Assembly: GCA_951406725.2 (NCBI GenBank)
Contig: OX597818.1
Location: forward strand, 20,026,001-20,090,000
DNA: 64,000 nt
Source of the DNA: Octopus vulgaris
Lineage: Eukaryota
Direction of reading: 5' to 3'
Below, piece by piece: positions 13,650-26,230 of this stretch (position 1 is the stretch's first letter; each line of letters opens with the position of its first letter). The notes under the pieces are model-generated. The model saw only the letters and a list, made by a program, of their open reading frames with translations, had not been told where the DNA came from and made no database searches. The position numbers and the translations under genes are program-made.

Positions 13650-13741
13650 TTGTTCTTTGTAATATTCATCAATTGCATATTGGTATTTGGGGCTTGTGAT
13701 ACCAAAAAACCAAGCAAGTTTTTCACCGCACAAATCAGCAG
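13650..13741 (-). CDS. FAM177A1: FAM177A1 coding exon 4 (ADLCGEKLAWFFGITSPKYQYAIDEYYKEQ)
   Basis: Acceptor ttctgcttgcag and donor gtaagt; 92 nt, phase 1 to 0. GEKLAWFFGITSPKYQYAIDEYY matches the conserved FAM177 motif (human GEKIASVLGISTPKYQYAIDEYY). Confidence 0.96.
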
Positions 13742-13997
13742 CTGCAAGCAGAAATAAACCATCATCACCATCAACATTATTATTAGTATTATTCTTAACA
13801 TCAATATTCTACTCATCACCACCATACACATCATCAGCAGCAGCAATCCCTTCATCAATATTCTACTAATTATCATCAACATTTTACTCATAAACATCAT
13901 TACCATCAACAATACTCTACAAAGTGGTTCTGCAAATCTGGTAATCTGCAAAGGTAGTACTAGGAGTCCATGAACTAAACTTAAAATTGCATATATA

Positions 13998-14048
<51 letters not shown>

Positions 14049-14141
14049 AATATAAGCCTCTGGTAATCTGCAAAGGTAGTACTAGGAGTTCATGAACTAA
14101 ACTTAAAATTACATATATAATTATATATATATAAATATAAG

Positions 14142-14444
14142 CAGTGGCAGACTGGGTCTAAAAATATTGGTTATCAGGAGACTAAGGAGGCCCAATCACA
14201 ACAAGGGGGCCCATCTGCAACTACAATGCTATCATTAAATTTTTTTTTTTTTGTTCAAAGTATTTTTTTCAACTGTCTAAAAACACAGCCAGGCTGAAAT
14301 AATGCATTTTTCTAGGAGTCAACAAAAATTCTCAAACTTAAAGGGATAGGCCCCTTATATACTAACACGGGCCCCCGTATATGGATTCTAATGGCATGGG
14401 GACCCACTTGCCATTGGGCAAGCTGGCAACCTGGTCCACCACTG
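14142..14444. mobile_element. hAT-type MITE with 8-bp TSD, nested in an older hAT MITE (~13920-14514)
   Basis: Ends cagtggcagactggg and cctggtccaccactg. TSD aatataag at 14134-14141 and 14445-14452. Confidence 0.85.
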
Positions 14445-15155
14445 AATATAAGGATAACTATTTTAAAAGGGGTCTGTGGGAAAATTCATTTAAATAAAAG
14501 GGTTTGGAACCACTGTGAAAAAATTGGAAACCACTGCTCTACATCATTTTCATCATAAACATTATCATCATCCTTGCCACCATCAACTTTTGACATCAAT
14601 TCAGCCTCATTATCATAGTCTACTCTCATCAGCAGCCACCACTTTGCCTTTGTTATTACAATTAAACATGTTTCTCCCTTCCTTAATGAGATGCTGTACC
14701 TTTGTCCTTTGTCCAGAAAGTGGACGGTGTGTGTGTGAGTGTGTATGTATATATATCCTATCAATGTCATTGTGCAGTGTCTATTCTTGGTAAAAATATT
14801 TCACTCAACCAGGTCCAGTTCAAGTAGCCATTAATAGGTACCATAGTGAAGTACGGCAAACTACCAAAAGCAGCAGTGAGATTATTGTAAACAAGTAATT
14901 CATTAGCTTACAGTGCTGAGTTCAATACTATCTATGGATTACTGGATTGAGAGAAGTATTCGTCACATGAAAGACTTGTTTAAACCAATGTTATCAGCAC
15001 TATACCAAAGTGAAACTAAAAATAAGAGGAAAGAGAATAACATATATGTTAGTGTATGGAACTAAATGATTTGCAATATTTACTTACAACTTTTTACTTT
15101 CTCAGCTCAAATCCTACTAAGGATGAATCTGTCCTTCTGATTAAATAGTCTAAAT

Positions 15156-15478
15156 CAGAGGTTTCCAGCCATTTCTTTTTATCTATGGGACCCCTTTGAT
15201 TTCTATTTTATTCTATGATTAAAAACTAGTTTTATATAAACTTCTTTCAAAATTCCTATTTTGTTTTTCACACATTAATTTGTGTAGATTGAACTATGTA
15301 AAATGTTAGAGAAAGAAACCTAGCTGTATTTTGCTTTAAATACCAATACATACATCTAAAGCAAAATTTTTTCAGGGACCCTCAAAATACTATTGTGGAT
15401 CCCTGATTTATTATTTTGTGTAGAACCTGAAAAATCTTATATGGACCTTCAAGGGCCGGCCATATAAGAGAACCACTG
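15156..15478 (-). mobile_element. hAT (Charlie-like) MITE with 8-bp TSD; strand given relative to the 16501 copy
   Basis: Ends cagaggtttcca and gagaaccactg. TSD gtctaaat on both sides. The body is the reverse complement of 16501-16811. Confidence 0.85.
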
Positions 15479-16044
15479 GTCTAAATGTATCACAAGAGAG
15501 TCAAAGTAATATACTGGCATGGTATCAATACCTGCTCTTATAAATTGTGTAGCCTCAAACAAATCAATGAGCCTCTGCCTGAGCAGTGGAACTATTAGTA
15601 ATAGCAGCCAAATGATCAAAGATTATTCAAATGAATGAATGTAGGTGGTCTAGTGGTTAAGTTATTTGGATCATGATAGTAAGACTACAGGTTCAATTGC
15701 TGGACTGTGTAATGCATTATGTCCTTGAGTAAGGCATTTCATTTTGTGTTATTTCACTCTATTCTGCCTCTCTCCTTTCACATCCTGGAGACTCTGCTGG
15801 TTCAAGGTTAAGGGAGGCAGGGACAAGAGGATGTTTGGTTGTGAGTACATAGGCACCTAAAATATTTCCCAAAAGGATGGTATGTGCTACCAAGTCATAC
15901 ATGTCTACAAGAGATGATTAGCTGTATTTTGTACTCAAACGAGAATAGTTACAAGAGCAACAACATGCATACCCTACCATCCAAACTCACTCACTCTCTC
16001 ATTCTAGGTCTCAGAAACAGTAAAGAAATGGAAGCAATACAAAC

Positions 16045-16111
16045 CATTAAAGGTTTTGGCAGAGACAAGTACCATATAGTACCAAATCCATGGCAGCCAA
16101 TTAAGTGTACT
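16045..16111 (-). CDS. FAM177A1: FAM177A1 coding exon 3 (STLNWLPWIWYYMVLVSAKTFN)
   Basis: Acceptor ctcttacag and donor gtttgt; 67 nt, phase 0 to 1. Resembles human TKLTWGPYLWFYMLRAATSTLS. Confidence 0.93.
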
Positions 16112-16500
16112 CTGTAAGAGCAAATTCAGATCATTATATATACATAGATACATACAGAGTAATATATGAAAACATTTTACATTTAAACAGACATGTATGA
16201 ATGACATATATAAGCATAATTATTGAAGTATCAATATTGTATAAGGTTATAAATTAATAAATACAGATTCATAGCCATTTGTATTTTAGTCTTGCTGTGG
16301 AATAAAGCCCAATGTGGTTCTTTTTTAGTAGTTTGAAACAAGTTATAATAATAATTATATGATTATATATTATAAATATATACAAACATTAAATATGTAC
16401 AAATTATATGCAAGTATAATTATCCCACAAACATCATTCTATATATTTTCTCACGATATCTACACAGACTACAATTAACTTCCCACTACCACTTTTAAAT

Positions 16501-16811
16501 CAGTGGTTCTCAACCGGGGTCCATATAAGATTTTTAAGAGTCCACACAAGCAAAATAGTAAACTGGGGATCCACAGTGGTATCTAAGGGATCCATGCTTT
16601 AGATGCATTTACTGTGAGAAAAGGCTAGGTTTCTTTCTCTAACATTATACATAGTTCAAATTACACAAGTGAATGTGTGAAAAAAAAAAAAAGGAATTTT
16701 GAAAGAAGTATCTATAAAACTTGTTTTTAAACACTGAATGGCTATGGGGGTCCACAAGAATAGATTTGCAATCAAAAGGATCCATAAGTAAAATATGGTT
16801 GAGAACCACTG
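16501..16811 (+). mobile_element. hAT (Charlie-like) MITE with 8-bp TSD
   Basis: Perfect TIRs cagtggttctcaacc and ggttgagaaccactg. TSD ttttaaat at 16493-16500 and 16812-16819. Confidence 0.92.
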
Positions 16812-18888
16812 TTTTAAATGGTTTCGTCAAGAGGAAGGAGCTGTGTGCTCAAGGCTGTTACACACAATAATCCTTGTAGAGGAGAAGGATATAATTTTAA
16901 TTCAGACCTGATAGTAGTAGCAACTAAAGGATAACTCAATACTCCATAGTTCTCTGGTAAAGGAATTCAAGAGATTCAAGATTCAGAGAAGGGCTGGTCC
17001 CGTAGACAAGTTTCATATAGGCCAACGAGTGTGTGAATATACTTTGATGTCAAGTGAACCAGTCCCCTTGCCTCAAGGTTACATAGGCCCTGTATCTCAA
17101 GGATAAGCTCAGAAGATCAACAGACAAGCAGAATAAGCAGTAAATAAACTAGCAAAAGACAACAGGAAACCACGGTCTTATTGTTCCCTAGAATAATCTT
17201 GTATCTTCAAACAAGGTCATGAAGATCTATGAATGCTAACATATGTAGATTTGGCACAGTAAAAGAGAAAGAACAGACTGTAGTATATTATTGTCATTTA
17301 TTTCAGTCACTGGAAGGATAAAAGGCTAAATCTACTTCCATCTCCAACCAGAACAGGTTTGAGCTCAGAACACTAAGAAAGCTAAGTATCTAAGATTTAT
17401 CTGATGCTGTTCTACTCAACCAGTTCTGCTAACTTTGCTATCGTTAATCTTAACCATCATCACCAAATCCAAAACTAGGTTTCTCTATATGGACATTCAC
17501 TTGTCAAAAATAGCAGCCAAATTTTTTTCAAATTAACTATTTTCATTTTAAAAAGGAAGGAGTCACACATCCAAGAGTATTTAGTCCTGAATACATTATA
17601 ACTTAAATATGGGGGTTGGGGATGAAAGAAAGGTGACCTGTTTTTGTTTAAACACTTCTGATCATAAGTTAGGGATGACCTGAGGCTAAACACAACAAAC
17701 CCTTCCACTAACATCAGAAAACAATATCCTCACCAAAACTATCATGAAATGATCATTGCCATTATTTTCACTACATCACTCTTGCTGCCTGCTTCTTCTC
17801 AAGATGACATTTTCTTTGACACAGATATGTATGTCAAACAGTCTCTTCCTAGCTCTACTACAACCACATTATCATTGCTGAGAAATGCGGGTGGGTATGC
17901 ACAATATAATCAGATGCTTTAGCTGTGTGGTATACATGGGGTGTAACAAAAATTGTCTTTCACAAGTACAATCCCGCCTTCCCTCCCTCCCTCACATACA
18001 CACACTCCAAAGTGATAGGATGAGCACAGAATATTGGAGAGGGAGGGGAATGGAATTCAAAGAACTCGAATTACTGCCAATTCCACAGCCACACAGTAGC
18101 AAGTGCGACAAGAGAGGAGCTTATGACTGCCTAAATTGTCAGAAGTGACAGTCAAATTCCCCTCAAATGCCAACTTTAAAGAAAAAAAAAACTGGATAGT
18201 CATAGCTGGAATGCCTTTGATTGCATATCTGCACAATTAGAGCTGACCAGATCGGGTGGGATGGAGGGGACTAAACAACAACAACTGTAATAAGGAAAGT
18301 TAAGCTACATATGTTTCTTTATCAAATCAGTAGGTATTCATAGGCCTGATGTTTTATTTCCAGTTTACAAAGAGGGTAACAGATGCCCCTACTTACCAAA
18401 AGAATGTAGGTTTACCACAGAAGAATTTGATCTCAGTGCTACAAGTCAACAAATTACTTGTCTATTTCACAGAGCTGTTACTACTTTGCAGTGAACTTAA
18501 CCTACACAGTTGTGTGGACTATATTTTGACTGTGGTACCAACATAGAGCAGTGAACTACATCACACAGTGGCACCTATTTACAGTTGTGTGGACAGTGTC
18601 TCACTGTGAAGTCCTACATAGAGTAACAAACATACCACTCTGACAGCTACTATCAATTCCAATTTAATGATTCTGTACAAGTTCTACAGCCACACAACTA
18701 CACTGCCATCAATTTTTATGTATGACTAGGTGTTTCATTCAGTATTTGGAATATTCCCAAGATCCAATAAACTTTAAATTAAACAAATTATTATAATTAA
18801 ATTGAATGGCATTGTATTGAATGTGTAGACTATTTCTGTCAGATGCTAACTAAAAGACTTGCCGTTCTATTTCTCTAAATAGATACCT

Positions 18889-19113
18889 TAACCCTTTTGC
18901 CTTCAGATTACTCTCTCAAAAGCAATTCTTATTTATCCACATTGTTTTGAATTAATTATGCATTATCTTGTAGCTTTGAGACTTTGATGAGGTAACTGTT
19001 AAATTTTAGAATGATATTGTAGGGTTGGTGTAAGAGGCTAAACTTGGCCAGTTTGAGTATAAAACTGAGAAAATATTTTAGCCGGACACAGCTGGTTTGA
19101 ATGCTAAAGAGTT
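18889..19113. mobile_element. Decayed TTAA/piggyBac-type MITE
   Basis: ttaacccttttgccttca ... tgaatgctaaagagtta imperfect inverted ends. Confidence 0.55.
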
Positions 19114-22100
19114 ATTAATGAATGACATTAATTATTCTTCTTGTCAGTTTGTCAGTTGAACAAATCAGATTATTACCAATACGTTGTAATACTAATCCTC
19201 ATTAAATCAAATCAGGATTTTTAAACAAGTAAGAAACATTTTTTGTGCATAAATTCTACTTTAATTTTATGTATTCAGCAAAACTAAAACACAAATAACA
19301 AGTTTAAAATAATAAATCACATTCTCAATGTTAAACTTCCAAAACAAATTTACATTGTATTAGGGTTACATGTAGGAAAGTACATTTAATAAGTGCATCT
19401 GGGTTGCTTCATAAATTTGTGTAATGTAGTATTTAAGCATCAATTTTTTTAGGTGTGGTTTGAAATGAAATCACAACTGAAGTGTCCACACAATCAAATA
19501 TGCTACAGGGTAATTTTGGGATAAAGGTATTGTTGTCACATTTGTTAACATCAATATACAAAAAGGAGTGATTGGTAAGGAAAGATTATAGGTTTCTGGT
19601 ACATCAAAAGTACTAGTGGTTACTAGAAGTTCATTACTAAAAGCCATTTCATCTTGGGTTGCTTGTCTGAGTCATTATTCAATTCTGGATCACTGCAGAC
19701 TGGGAGCCTCACTTGGGTTTTTATAAGGGCAGAAATGATGATGAGGTAGGCAATACTAATATTATTTACCATTGCTAAGCTGTTTTCTTCTTGGCTTAAC
19801 CTTCTATCAGTTAGCAGGTAAAATAATAGTAGAACCATTGCTTTCATGTCAAATAGTGAATGAAAAAGTGGCATGTACTGACAGTAGAAACTATCAGCAA
19901 CAGCAGAAGAGCATGGACAATACCAAAAGAAATGATGAAATCAGGTTTAAAGATATCAAACCTCACAGACGAGATGGTACTATCTCAAGATAAATAGAAA
20001 TCTGCCAAAACACAACCAAGCAAAAAATGAAGATAGCAATATGCTTTATTTTTTTAAATCTCTTTATCTTTAAACTTTTGCAGGAAGATGACAGATATTC
20101 AATTTGCCAGCAAGTGAGATAATGATCTGTTTGATTTCGTGAAAGGGAAAACAAGAACTTTTATTTATTACTTTAATTCATTTTAACCTATAAAATTAAT
20201 CATACAAATGTTTAAGTTCAATTATTTCAAACGACATAGCTCCAATATGAATAGAGAAGAGTTTTGTTCCATCTTCCTCCTTCCTAGATGAGCTCCATCA
20301 TGGTACAAATTAGCATTTATTTATCAAATATAAAAGTATGTTACCTGAAAAACCTGACCTTTAGAATTATAGCTTTTAGAACAATTCTAATAGGAAAATT
20401 TTAATATTTCCAGTTAATGCTTCGCCAGTCCAAATACCCAAGGTGATCAAACTGTGGTCTTTGAGCCACATATGAGTGACATGTTATTGTAGCTTCCAAA
20501 TTTATTGTAGCTAACCTATTTTTTGCATTTCAATATAAATAAAATGAAGATTTTAAAAATGCTTCAAGTTTTGTAATTGTTCACTAGAGTCCACTGCATT
20601 GGAATATAAGTTCAATGTTTATTATGACAATTATGACTTGTGGATTTCAAATAAGTAAAGTTTATATGTGGCTCTTATGTAAACGCTCTTATATCAGTCC
20701 ACCTTGAACCAACTCTCTTTCTGTGAAACAAAACTGCCTGTTTATAAATGTTTGTATTTGAATACAAATTTTCCATCATAATCTTATGTAAACCAACCTT
20801 GACAACCATTTAATGAAAAAAATTAGCTGTTTTATTAAATCTAACCCAAATTCTTGATTATTTTTCAAAATTAATTGAAACACATTGACATTTTATTTCA
20901 ATAGAAATATGGTCATGAAAAGGTTAAGCAAGCCTTACTAATCTTATCATGCACTATTACTTCCAATGAGAACAGCTATTTCTTTAATTATGACAATCCA
21001 CTTTGGGAAAATACCTCTCTTTCAGATTTTGTGCTGGTTATTAGGGAAATAAAACTGAAAATGAACTTGATATTTTATATTAAACTGACTATTCTGGCAA
21101 AGATTTCATTCTTCTTTAAAATACATGTGTTTCAAAACATTGCTTCTGACCATCTGAGTATAATATTCTAGCAAAAACATACTGGAATGATATTCTATTG
21201 TCTTCACCTGACAGGCAGGAAATGATTAGGCCTTAGAACACATGAAAATGGGAGTTTTGACAGTGTTATGCTTTCAATGTAGAATGGAAGTGAAATAAAG
21301 TAGTTACAATCCCAGAATCAAAAACTGTTTTACAAACATGGGTTACTGTGAGCTTACCTTCTACTTTATGACAAATGTGATAGGTTGGATAGATTTGCAA
21401 ATTTCAGTATTTGCACAATTTATAGAAACAAGTTTATATAAAGTGCAGTAAAACTTATTTTGGATTATGATTTACAAGAAAATTTTTTAAATCTTTTTTT
21501 AGTGTTGATATTTAAAGTTGGATAACATATGTTTGAATGTTGTTTTTAAAGAACACTAAAGGAAGCTGAAACAAACTTCCCTGATTTCATACTATCAAAT
21601 TGGTGATTAGGTGTGTACCATGTGAATATTGCTTAAAAAGGTACAAATAGTTGGGTTTTCGATGTTGATTAAACGCATGTATTTATAGAGCAACAAATGT
21701 TTTACATTATAAAAACTATTCTTCAAAGAGAATTGATAAACTCTTAAAAGCTAATAATCTCTTCTGAAACATTTCATTATATTTTCTTTTGAAGACTACC
21801 TGAAGTCTTTTGCAATCAATTATTTCAAATAAATAATCATAATTACATTTATAATTTTGTTTCTGAATGGATTATATTAACAAAAAAATTATTTTCTGCA
21901 TGTAGAAATTATGAAAATGCTGAGATATACAGACAATAGCAATGATTCCAAGATGCATAAACAGGTAAAGAGTCAATAGGTTATCCGTTGATGCAAAGAT
22001 ATAATGCTTTTAAACTTAGAAAACGACTAAACAACATTCATTATACAAATCCTGTTAAATGATATTAATATATTCATGTTAAAAATGATGAAATGATGAT

Positions 22101-22274
22101 ATTAAGAAAAACCCAATTGCAAGAATGATGTGCTGAAAGATTTTTCTACAACCATAGAAAGGTAATGCACCAAGAAGTAAGAGTGTAGTCTGGTTTGAAT
22201 GAATAAAACTCTTTTACTATGATGGCTGAATTTAATCAGTTTCAAGCAGAAGAGATAAAGAGAAAGAAATTAAG

Positions 22275-22651
22275 GCATGACTGTGTGGTAAGAAGCTTGC
22301 TTCCCAACCACATGAGTCTGGGTTCAGTCCCACTGTGTAGGACCTTGGGCAAGTGTCTTCCACTATAGCTTCAGGCCAACAAAAGTCTTGTGAGTGGATT
22401 TGGTAAATGGAAACTGGAAAAAGCCCATTGTATATAATATATATATATGTATATATTTGTGTTTCTGTGTTTCTCATGGCCCCCCCCCCATCGTTTGACA
22501 ACCGATGTCAGTGTGTTTACACCCCCGTAACTTAACAGTTCGGCAAAAAGGACTGATAGAATAAGTCCTGGGGTTGCTTTGTTCGACTAAAGGCAATGCT
22601 CCAGCATGGCCACAGTCAAATGATTGAAACAAGTAAAAGAATAAAAGAATA
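22275..22651 (+). mobile_element. Family A SINE
   Basis: Full head, body and tail similar to the 23778 and 45252 copies. Confidence 0.85.
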
Positions 22652-22967
22652 GAAACATGAGAGGTAAGAAGAGATTCCTGCTAAACTGAACTTATGTAAC
22701 ATGCTACTTTCTGAACACTAACTAGAGGAACTATGTTGAAAGTGGGTTGGATGGTTCTGTAATTTCAGACTCTTGCAAGAACTGTTACAGTATGAGGTTT
22801 TACCATCCAAATGCTTGTCTCTCCCACAACATTTCATGGTAGCACACAATGTACCAAATTTCTGCCTATATCAGACCACAAGATATGGAGTAAGATGCCA
22901 TGTCTAGAGACATATACAACATTGATTTAAGTGGCAGGGTTTCAACTTAGATTACAGAACTTTAGAT

Positions 22968-23385
22968 CATCATCATCATCGTTTAACGTTCGCTTTCCAT
23001 GCAAGCATGGGTTGGACGATTTTGACTGAGGGCTGACGAACCAGATGGCTGTACCAGGCTCCAATCTTGATTTGGCAGAGTTTCTACAGCTGGATGCCCT
23101 TCCTAACACCAACCACTCCGAGAGTGTAGTGGGTGCTTTTTACGTGCCACTGGCACAGAAGCCAGTTGGCTGCTCTGGCAATGATCACGCTCAGATGGTG
23201 CTCTTGGCACCCTACTAGCACGGGCACAAGTGCCAGTAAGGCGACGCTGGTAACGATCACGCTCAAATGGTGCCCTTTAAGTGCCACTGGCACAGAAGCC
23301 GGTTAGTCGCTCTGTCAATGATCACGCTCATATGGTGCTCTTTGCAACCTGCTAGCACGGACACCAGTCATCGAATTTGATTTTG
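22968..23385 (-). mobile_element. RTE-tail SINE with internal ~65-bp tandem units
   Basis: (atc)n tail, reverse complement of the 1540 tail, and repeated tgccactggcacagaagcc...gatcacgctca.atggtgc units. Confidence 0.8.
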
Positions 23386-23777
23386 ATTATGCTTTTGAAT
23401 AAAACATTTTAAAAACCACCGATCATTATATTCAATAGACTCCATTCTATCCATACAAGCATGGAAAATGGATGTTAAAATGATGGTGATGATGATTGCC
23501 TGTATCTATAATGTTTTGTTCTTGAATTTCAATCTGAATTATCCCAGTGATTGATATCTCAATTGCCCTTACTGTTAACCACTCAGCTGTGAAGTGTAAG
23601 TAGAACCTATTTTGCACAAAAATAATACTTGTTTACCAGTAAGGCTGGCTGAGTCAATGGATAACTAGTTTTGTTTACAAGAAATAAGCCAAACAATTTA
23701 AAAATAGGAGCTGCAATAAATTGGGTCATCCCATGAATAATGTGGTTTTTTTATACTTCTTTTATTTTTCAAAATTA

Positions 23778-24165
23778 GGCATAGGAGTGGCTGTGTGGTA
23801 AGTAGCTTGCTTACAAACCACATGGTTCCGGGTTCAGTTCCACTGCGTGGCACCTTGGGCAAGTGTCTTCTATTATAGCCTCGGACTGACCAAAGCCTTC
23901 TGAGTGGATTTAGTAGACGGAAACTGAAAGAAACCAGTTGTATATATGCATATATGTATATGTTTGTGTGTCTGTTTGTCCCCACCCAACATCACTTGAC
24001 AACTGATGCTGGTGTGTTTACGTCCCCGTAACTTAGTGGTTTGGCAAAAGAGACCAATAGAATAAGTACTAGGTTTACAAAGAATAAGTCCTGGGGTCGA
24101 TGTATTCGACTAAAGGCGGCACTCCAGCATGGCCACAGTCAAATGACTGAAACAAGTAAAAGAGA
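23778..24165 (+). mobile_element. Family A SINE, near full length
   Basis: ggcataggagtggctgtgtggtaagtagcttgc...ggttccgggttcagttcc...aaatgactgaaacaagtaaaagag. Confidence 0.9.
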
Positions 24166-24269
24166 GTATAAACAAAGTTCTTTTTTAATACAGTTCTATA
24201 TTTAAGAGATGAGGAATTATGTACGTTATTTACTTTTGATGGATATTTATCCTCATCTTATTTGTTGTT

Positions 24270-24317
24270 AACACCTAACATTTCGGCTGATATACCCTCC
24301 AGCCTTCATCAGGTGTC
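24270..24317 (-). ncRNA. Minimal hammerhead ribozyme motif with canonical CUGAUGA core, in a short probable Penelope-pLTR-like repeat (~24185-24390)
   Basis: Minus strand gacac-CTGATGA-a-ggctg(gagggtatat)cagcc-GAAA-tgttag-gtgtt. Stems I and II pair; stem III is degenerate. Confidence 0.6.
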
Positions 24318-24394
24318 TTGGGAAAATTTCGAATCTGGGTTCTCATTCCTAAGGTATTTTTCGTCGTAGTCATTATTATCATTATTATTATGAA

Positions 24395-25312
24395 TATGGT
24401 GGGTGGAGCATTGTTTCCCATTCAAACTGCTCCAGCCTTTGGAATGTCATCCTTGCTATATGTGGCTGAGCATTAACCTGATGGAAGAACACCTTTTATC
24501 TTGAAACCAAAGATGGTTGTTTTTCTTCTAGCACTGACTTAAGCCACTCCAGCTGCTTACAGTAGATTTCCTTTGTTATCATTTGGTTTGGGTTTAAAAG
24601 TTCAAAGTGGACTAAACCTTTCATATCCCACCAAACAGATAACAACACCTTATGTGGGTGAAGACCTTCTTTAGCCTGGGGTGCTGGTGTTTCTCCTTTT
24701 CCTACTCATTGTCTTCGGCACTGGATATTTTTATAGAGAACACATTTCTCATCACCAGTCACTATTCAGTCCAAACAAAAGTTCATTTGTGAGATGTGAC
24801 AGCAAAGAAGAGCACACATTTACTCTCTGCATACAATTAGACTCAGAAAGTTTGTGAGACCCAATTTGCTGACTTTTCTAATGCCATTCTGGTGTCGATG
24901 AATGATTGAATGACCAAATCCAAGCTTCTCTGCTAGTTTCTCAACAGTTACAATGGGATTTTGTTCCACCAAGGTTTGCAGGATGTCCTCGTCAAGCTCT
25001 ACAGATGTTCTAGGCTGGTTTATGCTTATTGTCCGATCCCCATATACTGTATTAATATTCCTCACATTTTCCGTTGCGTTGTTGCCTTTATTGAACTCAT
25101 AAAGTAAAATATACCAAATTTGCTCCTTTGTCACTTCCATTACAGCTTTGAAAAAATAACTGTTAAAATTGAACTACACTCTTCAAAACTTGCACTAATG
25201 AATAAGTACAAGGTAAAATTACAACCTGCTTTTATAGCAAGTTGATGCAGGTAGTTTATCCTGTCCCTCTCAGACTTTTAATTCATGCAATTGAAAAAAA
25301 TCACATTATTTA
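24395..25312 (-). mobile_element. Decayed mariner transposase
   Basis: MEVTKEQIWYILLYEFNKGNNATENVRNINTVYGD (mariner HTH), then VTGDEKCVLY and KVLLSVWWDMKG motifs; frameshifts present. Confidence 0.88.
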
Positions 25313-25833
25313 TAGAAGTACAGACATTTAAAGCTGAGGCATTTCCTTCCCAACCAAATGCATCCCTTGATAACCACTAACTAAATATAATGTGGAAGTG
25401 GTACCACTATTTACATTACAACAAAGAGGTAACCTTGCTGTGTTCTATTGTAGCAACATTTGAACTCATGAACTTCTAGTCAGTAGCCCCACATCTTCAA
25501 ACCCTGCAGTCAATGAAGACAAATATTTATTTCTATAAGATTAAAAAAAAAAGTTGAAAGAGAAAAAGTGAGAGAGATGAGATGAGAAGACAAAAGTTAA
25601 GTAGAGCAAGACTAGACAGGCAAAAAGATGACCAGCAAGAAACTTGAAAAGAGCGCTCCACAATATTTTAAAAGAGAAAGCAGACAGCTAATTGGTATGT
25701 GAGAGTAGCAGTATGAATGTAGCAGTGTTAGTGTAATATCAGGCAGTTACATAATAAGCCCTAGAACCAACATTTGTACAAACTGTTAGTCTTGATAATT
25801 TAATAACTACACATATTTTTATTACCCTATATA

Positions 25834-26230
25834 TCTCTCTATATATAAAACTGAAGTTGTCTGTGTATGGCAAGTTTGGTAGCCTTCAACTAACACTATC
25901 TCCTCCAAGACCCTGCGGCGCAAGTCGACCAAAATTGAGAGTATGGATGAAGAAGGCTTGCTCTTCCTTCCATAGAAGAAAAAATTCAAATCGGACTATG
26001 TTAACACCAAAAATTATTTACATCAAAAAGGTGCTTTTTTTTTTCAATGAAAATCCCTATTTTTTATGATTTTTTTGTACTGCTGTGTCGCCATTTTTCG
26101 GTGTATTTCAACCAGAAAAATGTTCACTTAAAGAGAATAACAAGCTACATAATGCAAAATTTTAACTTTTCAAAAATTCCAATTCTAAAGGGTCTAAACA
26201 AAACCGAGCAATGCCGGGCAATACAGCTAG
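25834..26230 (+). mobile_element. Non-autonomous Helitron, complete, 397 bp
   Basis: 5' TC (a|TCTCTCTATATATAAAA), subterminal hairpin ccgagcaatgccggg, 3' CTAG|t. Inserted at an AT dinucleotide with no TSD. Confidence 0.88.

Noticed and set aside
13646-13951. 101-aa Met/Leu/Ile-rich ORF
   Set aside because: It reads a degenerate (ATC)n tract and overlaps FAM177A1 exon 4 in the wrong frame.
13938-14141. ~80-120-bp direct duplication
   Set aside because: A local tandem duplication inside an old MITE next to a (TA)n run; no sign of function.
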